A stretch of DNA of 29,492 nt, taken from an uncultured bacterium. GTDB taxonomy: Bacteria > Abyssobacteria > SURF-5. The translations under genes and the position numbers were made by a program. Below, piece after piece: positions 1 to 6,810 of the stretch (position 1 is the stretch's first letter; each line of letters begins with the position of its first letter). Under the pieces are notes generated by a model, which saw nothing but the letters and a program-made list of their open reading frames with translations, was not told the origin of the DNA and did no database searches. Location of the stretch: NCBI GenBank assembly GCA_964510165.1, contig CAZEBC010000003.1, forward strand, positions 28,611 through 58,102. Direction: 5' to 3'.

Positions 1-1
1 T

Positions 2-1978
2 TCCGGTGTGACGCTGGTGGAGTTGCTCGTCGCGCTGGCGATCGCGAGCATCCTTATGGTCGGCCTCATCGCCGCGTTCCAGACCACCCAGCGCTCAGCC
101 GCCATCGGCGAGGCCCGCGAGCACATCTACCAGAACGCGCGCGTCGCGCTCGACCTCATGGCCCGCGACATCAAGAACGCCTACATTGACAACCGCAACC
201 GCGACCTCATCCTGGTCAGCGCCGACGGACTCGCGGGCAGGGCTAACAGCATAATCGAATTCTCACCGAATCCTCCGGCAGCGGGTCCCTACATGCCTTC
301 TGTCAACGGCCTTGGCAATGCCCAAACCCCGCATGGCATCGACCCGACTGGAACCGACGTGTTCAGACTCTACGCGGACGAATCGTTCGGAAGCCCGACC
401 TATGGCCTGCTCTCGATCAAGGCCATTGACAGCATCTACACGCTCTCGCCCGGCCCGCCGGACCGGCTCGACCTCACGTGCTTCACCAGCAATTTCCCCG
501 GCAACGCCGGCAACATATCGAAACTGGCGGAAGTGCGCTACATGATCACAACCGAGACGTTTGTGGATGATAAGGACAACGATTATGACACCTCCATTGA
601 CGAAGGTGACGGCATCGCGGGCGGCCTGTCCGGCGTTGGCGACTTTATTCCCATGGCGCGCTCGGAGGATTTCCATCCGGTCACCAGGAAGATCAACGCG
701 CTCTCGCTGTTCCAGTTGAGACGCGGCATAGGGATTGATATGACGGTCCCGCCGCCCGCCGAAAAGCCTGTCGTCGTTGACAAGAATCCGTTTTCCGCAT
801 ATGAGATGGCGACCGGCGATGGGACACCTGCCGATCCTCAAGGGCGCTACCCATCCCGCAGTTTCGCCGATTTCGATTCCTCTGCAGGCGGCGAGAACAT
901 CGGCTCCTACATTTATGACCTTCAGATCGAGTTCTACGGCAAGATCGCTATCGCGCTCGATTCGACCGGCGCGCCCGAGGTCTGGGGCGTCGGCTGGGGT
1001 TATCAGGATGTGCGGGGCGAGGACGTGGGAACGGACTGTGACGGCGATGCGGCTCTGGCAGCGGGAGACAAAGGCCCCTCTGCGATCCAAAATGGAACCG
1101 TCTTGGTCACAAAGGAATCGCGGACCGTGAATCCGGGCCTCACAGCCCCTTCCTGGCCGGCTGTCAACGACAAATTCAAGGGCGGCATTTTCATTGTATG
1201 GCCATCCTCTCCTCCGCCCGGCTATACATTTGACACCGCTGACCCTAACAATGATGTCTATACAATAACAGCCAGCACTTCAACAACACTAACCTTGGAC
1301 CGCGAGTACACAGGCGTTACAAACGGCGACGCAGGCTACCGTATCATTGAGCCGACGCAGGCGAATAGGGTGCTGGATGCGGGTGAAGACCTGGGAGCGG
1401 ACGGCCTTCCGAATGACCCGCTTGACGACATCGCTATCCTCGGCACCGCCAGCCGCATCCCCAATAACGTGAGCGACAACGACGGCATCACCGCCGAAAC
1501 CAGTATCGGTGAGGGCAACAAACGGCTCGACAGCCGCGTCATGGGAGTTTGGGACAGCCGCTCACCCGACCCAAGAAATCCTAAACGGGCGGCGGAGCTC
1601 GATGGAGTTGATTCCGACAGTGATGAGCCGACCCTGAACTCGGACGGCGTCGATGACGACCAGGACGGATTCGTTGATGATGTTCATGGCGTCGCGCCAT
1701 ACGCCACCGCTGAGGGAGACGACCTGACAACGCCAGGACTTGATGAAGTGAACGACTTGAGAGATAACGACTCGGGGGGAACCACCGACGGCGTAGCCGA
1801 CGACCGTTTCTATGAACCGGCGGGAAAGGGCGAAGGCGTGGATGAACCCGACGAGGCCGACCCGCATGACGACTCGCTGCCCAAGGCCGTGCGCATCACC
1901 ATCGCGGTCTCCGACCCGCAGCAGACGCTCAAGCCTGTCGTCCTCAGCACGACCGTCTGGCTCTCAACGGCAAGATGA
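2..1978 (+). CDS. Large PilW/GspJ-like minor (pseudo)pilin with Asp-rich repeats; 5'-truncated by window edge
   Basis: The frame is open to the window edge and reads S-G|VTLVELLVALAIASILMVG, a class III prepilin cleavage site with E5, so the true start is upstream of base 1. 'QNARVALDLMARDIKNA' and the C-terminal 'LPKAVRITIAV' are typical of PilW/GspJ. Confidence 0.85.
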   Translation, partial: SGVTLVELLVALAIASILMVGLIAAFQTTQRSAAIGEAREHIYQNARVALDLMARDIKNAYIDNRNRDLILVSADGLAGRANSIIEFSPNPPAAGPYMPSVNGLGNAQTPHGIDPTGTDVFRLYADESFGSPTYGLLSIKAIDSIYTLSPGPPDRLDLTCFTSNFPGNAGNISKLAEVRYMITTETFVDDKDNDYDTSIDEGDGIAGGLSGVGDFIPMARSEDFHPVTRKINALSLFQLRRGIGIDMTVPPPAEKPVVVDKNPFSAYEMATGDGTPADPQGRYPSRSFADFDSSAGGENIGSYIYDLQIEFYGKIAIALDSTGAPEVWGVGWGYQDVRGEDVGTDCDGDAALAAGDKGPSAIQNGTVLVTKESRTVNPGLTAPSWPAVNDKFKGGIFIVWPSSPPPGYTFDTADPNNDVYTITASTSTTLTLDREYTGVTNGDAGYRIIEPTQANRVLDAGEDLGADGLPNDPLDDIAILGTASRIPNNVSDNDGITAETSIGEGNKRLDSRVMGVWDSRSPDPRNPKRAAELDGVDSDSDEPTLNSDGVDDDQDGFVDDVHGVAPYATAEGDDLTTPGLDEVNDLRDNDSGGTTDGVADDRFYEPAGKGEGVDEPDEADPHDDSLPKAVRITIAVSDPQQTLKPVVLSTTVWLSTAR

Positions 1979-1993
1979 AAGAAAAAGACAGGG

Positions 1994-2108
1994 ATCACGA
2001 ATGACACGAATCCTCCGAATGACACGAATGAACTTGTCTAAGCGCCTTGCCCGACCAGTGTCTCCGTCGTCTATTCGTGAGATTCGTCCGATTCGTGTGA
2101 TTCGTGAC
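1994..2108. repeat. Miniature inverted-repeat element built of 9-mer tandem units (copy 1)
   Basis: Left arm ATCACGAAT GACACGAAT CCTCCGAAT GACACGAAT (1994-2029), 43-nt spacer, right arm ATTCGTGAG ATTCGTCCG ATTCGTGTG ATTCGTGAC (2073-2108). Confidence 0.85.
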
Positions 2109-5100
2109 AATAGCCTCTTCTCTTCTGACAGCGGGGCGGTGCTCATCGTCGTGCTCGGGATACTCGCGCTCTTGACCGTCATGGCGGTCTCGTTCGTGTT
2201 CGCCACTCGCCTCAGCCTGCGTGCCTCGGAGTCGTACCTGCGCACCATAACCGCGACCGACATCGCCGAGGCCGGCGCCGCGGCGGCCATTTACACGCTC
2301 CGGGCCGACAAGATGTTCCGCACGGGCGACCTTGAAGACCCAACCGTCACGCCCACCCAAACGTACGACTCGCTCCGCGACCTCTGGCGTCAGAGATTCT
2401 CCGCGCCGGTGGTGCTCCAGTATGAATATGCGCCGGCTGAGCCGTCATTCGACTTTGATAGTCCGCTCCCGATAATCGTCACAAACACCAGCCCATACGA
2501 CACTACTCCCTACCGTCAGGATGTGAGCGCCAATGTCCTCGCTATAGACACAGGAAACAATCGCCTCTACATAGACTCGGCCTCCACTGCTCTGTGGAAA
2601 TACACGGACGCCAGCAACAGGGACACCATAACCGTCTGGCAGGATTCCACCCTCCAGTTCTCTGCTCCTTTGGCGGCGTCTCCTTCGAAACCCAATGAGG
2701 TTGACCTTGATGACGACGGCACGAACGACGCCGTCTGGCACAATTACTACGACGAGAACGGCGACCTGATTGGCCGCTACGCGGTCCTCATCCAGGACGA
2801 ATCAAGCAAGATCAACATCAACGTGTCGGGTAACCTCTCCGCCATCGGGGCGACCGCGAACGACTACACCACTTACAACCACGCTTCCAATGAGGGTTGG
2901 AGCACATTCGAGATAAGCATCGAAAATGGACTCAATACCACAGGCTTCTCCTCGACTCCGCCGGCCCACAAGAAGATCGTGCTCTATCGCAATGGGCTTG
3001 CCGGAGCGCTGTCGGGCGCCACGCTAACCGCCGGTGATGCGGGCAACCGCATCTATGCCGCCGGTCAGGGCGACCTCGACGCGACGACTTACGACGCCGC
3101 CAATCTCAACGATGATGACGACAACTTCAACCGCTTCTTCTATGGTCACGACGGTATCGACAACGACGGCGACGGCAAGCTCGATTACAACGACGGCTTT
3201 GATAATGACGGCGACGGCTTCGTTGACGAGAAAGATGAAGCCCCGACCTACGCCGACGACGACGGCATGAATGAGCCCGAGGAGTTCCGCCCGCTCAGGC
3301 CGTTCCGCGAAAGGCCGGGAGTCGTCACGAGCCTCGATTACGATATGCTTGACAATGATGCCGACGGGATCACCGACGAAACCAATGAGGCCGACGACCA
3401 GCCCATCCTCGCCCTCGAACAACTCGAGGACGCGCAGGGAGTGAGCCTGTCCGGCTTCCTCGCCGGAACCGTCAGCACCAACTTCGACGGCGCGACCAAC
3501 ACGAGCATCGAGCGCCGCAACTTCATCTCCACCCTCTCGTTCGACCGCGACCTGACCAGAGACAACGAACTCCGCATAAACTACAACTTCTCCACTCCCG
3601 AGCAGAACGCGGCGGCCCTCCACAGGCCGTTCCCCGCCACCGGCCCGGGCGACACCAACGCCTTCGAGCGCGTGGACCTCAGGAACATGCAGGTCGCCGC
3701 CAACATCTACGACTACCGTGACCGCAACCGCTCGCGCACCGAGATTCGAGACGCCGCCGGCAACGTCTTCGCGGGCGTCGAGGCCATCCGCATCAACGAG
3801 ATCCTCGTCCGCGCTGCGACCAACCTGTATGAGGGTGAGCATCCCGACCTCGTGGTGGGAACCCCGAACAACTGGGACCGCGTGGACCCGCCCACGGGCG
3901 CCACCGACGGCGCCATCACGCCGCGCGGACAAGAAGCCTATCTGACAAATGACGGCTCGACACCAAACATCAACTCCGAGGTCGCGGGGCCGATTACCAT
4001 CACGCTTCCCGACCCGCCGTTCGACACGGGGACCACGTATCCTTTCAAGCTGCGCATGCGCGTCAGCAACGACGAGGTTTCTCCCACGGACGCAAATGAT
4101 AAGGGATTCCGCGTGTGGATACAGGACGGCAACGGAAAGCTGAGCCTTGTGGTCAATCGCACGGGAGACCCCACGACATTGGGACAGGACTCAGACGCCG
4201 CTTCGTCACCAATCTTCTTCACGGTAACGGGCAACCCGAACTGCCGATGGGCAACCAGTTCGACCGCAGCCGCCGCCAAATGGTGGTATATTGAAGAGGC
4301 GTCCGGCATGCTTGATGAGCTGGGCACGACGACTACATTGAATCTCACCGGCGGCGACAACCTGATGTGGCTGGAGAAGCCTGTGCTCGCCACGGCCGGC
4401 AACCAGGATTCGGTTGACCTCGACTGGTTCTACTTCACGCTTGAGCCTGACTGCGAGTGGATCGAGCTTGTCAACATCGGCGACCGGCCTGTGAACGTCA
4501 ATAACTGGAAGCTCACAAGTGAGTACATCGTTGACTGGCCAATGGTGTCCACCAGCCCCAATCCGTTGGTGTGGACCGATCTCACTCAACGCTACTATTC
4601 CGAGAGCTATCAACTCACGCTCCCCAACGTCACCATTCACCCCGTCAGCGGTACCACGTGGCCGAAACATGCGGTGTTCGCACTCGATGATGACGGCGTC
4701 GGCGGACCATCCGATTCCGTCGGCCTTTACTTCAGTCGGGTTTGGAGCGACGTGCCCGCGGCAACCGTATTTGGTCTCGCCTCGATATCCAACATTTACA
4801 GCGCCCAGATCGACTTCTTCGGCAACGAGCCGCTGGATAACCCGTTCGATAATTCCGTCGCGCGAGACGTTCGGGGCACATCTTCGGGCGTTGACGACAT
4901 AATTGATAACATAGATATAGGCGTCATTTCGCTGTACGATACCCGCGACAACCTCGTTGACCGCGTAACCTACGACTCTGGCAACGTGACTGAGGCGTTT
5001 GCCAGCCTCCAGCGCGACCATCCCGCCAACCCGGGCGACCGGCTCGACCAGAACGAAAACTTCAAGATGCGCGCGTACACCGCCTCAGGCGTCTTGACCG

Positions 5101-6659
5101 ACAATAACGTCGTCGCGGATGGCAATTATGATGACTGGAAATTCTATAACGACCCGTGGCTGACCAACAACAGTATTGACGGGTCTCTCTCAACGGCGGA
5201 GTTCATCGGCTACACGCCCAACTCGCGCGGTAGCAGAGGCTTCATGACGCCCGGCGAGGCGAACAACCGCAGCGATAATTACGATGAACGCGTCGCCACG
5301 CCCGAGGGCCGCGTGAAAGACCGCTACTTCGTCAGCCCCGGTGAGATGGGCCGCATGGCGGGCTTCAACGAGTTCATCGCGATTGTGGGATACGACCAGA
5401 CCCTGGGAGACGACACCACTTTTGCCGTGGGGGATAGAGTCGTAAACACAACAAAGGACCCGGACCAGACCGCGACCATTCTCGCGATAGACACCACCGA
5501 CAGGGCGGGCAACTCGGGCGCGCCCGACGGCTGGATGGTCCTGAGGGGCGACTACCAGAATCCCGTGAACACATGGCAGGGCGACCCGACAAACAATGCG
5601 CTGGCCGACGACATTCAAAACTTCGCGGGAACGTTCGAGGCCCAGGTCCGCTCGGTCAAAGCGTTCAATATGCTCCCGATACGTTTCATTGATTACGATG
5701 TCGAAATCGGGTATTCTCTCGACACAGGAAGCGATCCTGTAGCGGGCGACACCATCCGAAACACTTCAAAAGCCACGACGGAGACTGCCACGGCAATGGA
5801 AGTGGACACCGTGAACGATATCATTCAATTGAGGATGAATCCCACAGACCCAACCACTGAGTGGAAGGTGGGCGAAAGCATTGACAACGGCGCGTCTCCC
5901 TCATTCACGGGAATTATAACCTCGGTCAGAACAAAATCCGCGTACGCTGGCGGACTGGCCGACTACTTCACCACCTCGTTTCTCGACCTCGAGGCCGAAG
6001 CGGCTACCGCCGTGATAAATGCCGGCTCTCCCACCGCGGTCCGATGGCCAGCGTCTCACGATCCCCAGGCCTATCTGATCCCTGCCGGCGCCGACCTTAC
6101 TCTCACGTGGGATGAGGATGACGGCGTGCAGCCGGGCACTTACGACCTCTACAGCTTCGTGAATTATGGGACTACTATCCAGAGCGAGGTCCCGGTCTAC
6201 GTAGGACCGGTGACCGTTGCGCCGCCCTCATTCGGCCAGCAGGCCACGGTGTCGCTCACCATTCAGAATACTGCCGCGAGCGCCGCGACATACTACTATC
6301 TCATGCGGGCCGCGCTCACGCCGGCTCCGCAGACGTTCGGCCGCATCAACGTCAACACGGCGAGCCACATGGTGCTGCAAGGCCTGCCGGGGATAGACAG
6401 TACGCTCGCCGGCAACATCATCACCGCGCGCAACATGGCGGCCTTCGAGTCTATCGGCGATCTTTACCGGACGGCCGAGGTCAGCGCCGCGTTCACTCCG
6501 ACGAAGTTCAAGAACGTCTCGAACCTGGTGACCACCCGCTCGGATGTGTACAAGATCGTGGTGATCGGCCAATCGGTCATAGACGCGAACGACGACGGCC
6601 TCATCACGAGCGACGAAGTCACCTCGACAAAGAAGATGGAAGTGATTTATCAGAGGTAA
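2001..6659 (+). CDS. Giant GspK/PilX-like minor pilin with Asp-rich repeats, lamin-tail-like domain, CBM-like insert and C-terminal helix-hairpin-helix-like region
   Basis: G|AVLIVVLGILALL (no E5; PilX/GspK type, cleavage after 2135). GspK-like motifs DESSKININ and GRINVNTA..VLQGLPGI..TTRSDVYKIVVIG. The 1812 start overlaps the previous gene, so ATG 2001 is preferred (2019, 2028 and GTG 2097 also possible). Confidence 0.8.
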   Translation: MTRILRMTRMNLSKRLARPVSPSSIREIRPIRVIRDNSLFSSDSGAVLIVVLGILALLTVMAVSFVFATRLSLRASESYLRTITATDIAEAGAAAAIYTLRADKMFRTGDLEDPTVTPTQTYDSLRDLWRQRFSAPVVLQYEYAPAEPSFDFDSPLPIIVTNTSPYDTTPYRQDVSANVLAIDTGNNRLYIDSASTALWKYTDASNRDTITVWQDSTLQFSAPLAASPSKPNEVDLDDDGTNDAVWHNYYDENGDLIGRYAVLIQDESSKININVSGNLSAIGATANDYTTYNHASNEGWSTFEISIENGLNTTGFSSTPPAHKKIVLYRNGLAGALSGATLTAGDAGNRIYAAGQGDLDATTYDAANLNDDDDNFNRFFYGHDGIDNDGDGKLDYNDGFDNDGDGFVDEKDEAPTYADDDGMNEPEEFRPLRPFRERPGVVTSLDYDMLDNDADGITDETNEADDQPILALEQLEDAQGVSLSGFLAGTVSTNFDGATNTSIERRNFISTLSFDRDLTRDNELRINYNFSTPEQNAAALHRPFPATGPGDTNAFERVDLRNMQVAANIYDYRDRNRSRTEIRDAAGNVFAGVEAIRINEILVRAATNLYEGEHPDLVVGTPNNWDRVDPPTGATDGAITPRGQEAYLTNDGSTPNINSEVAGPITITLPDPPFDTGTTYPFKLRMRVSNDEVSPTDANDKGFRVWIQDGNGKLSLVVNRTGDPTTLGQDSDAASSPIFFTVTGNPNCRWATSSTAAAAKWWYIEEASGMLDELGTTTTLNLTGGDNLMWLEKPVLATAGNQDSVDLDWFYFTLEPDCEWIELVNIGDRPVNVNNWKLTSEYIVDWPMVSTSPNPLVWTDLTQRYYSESYQLTLPNVTIHPVSGTTWPKHAVFALDDDGVGGPSDSVGLYFSRVWSDVPAATVFGLASISNIYSAQIDFFGNEPLDNPFDNSVARDVRGTSSGVDDIIDNIDIGVISLYDTRDNLVDRVTYDSGNVTEAFASLQRDHPANPGDRLDQNENFKMRAYTASGVLTDNNVVADGNYDDWKFYNDPWLTNNSIDGSLSTAEFIGYTPNSRGSRGFMTPGEANNRSDNYDERVATPEGRVKDRYFVSPGEMGRMAGFNEFIAIVGYDQTLGDDTTFAVGDRVVNTTKDPDQTATILAIDTTDRAGNSGAPDGWMVLRGDYQNPVNTWQGDPTNNALADDIQNFAGTFEAQVRSVKAFNMLPIRFIDYDVEIGYSLDTGSDPVAGDTIRNTSKATTETATAMEVDTVNDIIQLRMNPTDPTTEWKVGESIDNGASPSFTGIITSVRTKSAYAGGLADYFTTSFLDLEAEAATAVINAGSPTAVRWPASHDPQAYLIPAGADLTLTWDEDDGVQPGTYDLYSFVNYGTTIQSEVPVYVGPVTVAPPSFGQQATVSLTIQNTAASAATYYYLMRAALTPAPQTFGRINVNTASHMVLQGLPGIDSTLAGNIITARNMAAFESIGDLYRTAEVSAAFTPTKFKNVSNLVTTRSDVYKIVVIGQSVIDANDDGLITSDEVTSTKKMEVIYQR

Positions 6660-6674
6660 GAAAGAAGGAGTGGG

Positions 6675-6779
6675 ATCACGAATCACACGACAAATATCAC
6701 GAATGGGAAACTCCCGTGAAAGAAATCGTGGGTTTGGTCTTTGATTCTTGTAATTCGGTTAATTCGTGTGATTCGTGAT
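6675..6779. repeat. Miniature inverted-repeat element built of 9-mer units (copy 2, intergenic)
   Basis: Left ATCACGAAT CACACGACA AAT ATCACGAAT (6675-6704); right ATTCTTGTA ATTCGGTTA ATTCGTGTG ATTCGTGAT (6744-6779). Same termini as copy 1. Confidence 0.8.
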
Positions 6780-6810
6780 TAAGACTCGTCCTTTCGAAGG
6801 AGATGATCTT

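Noticed and set aside
1812-2000. N-terminal extension of the 1615-aa ORF
   Set aside because: Overlaps the conserved C-terminus of the upstream pilin in another frame; R/S/P-rich off-frame composition.
6339-6570. ComEA-like HhH region suggesting a DNA-uptake system
   Set aside because: INVNTA..L..LPGI..TTRS is also the normal GspK C-terminal region, and no comEC/dprA/comF is in the window. DNA binding is not excluded but is unsupported.
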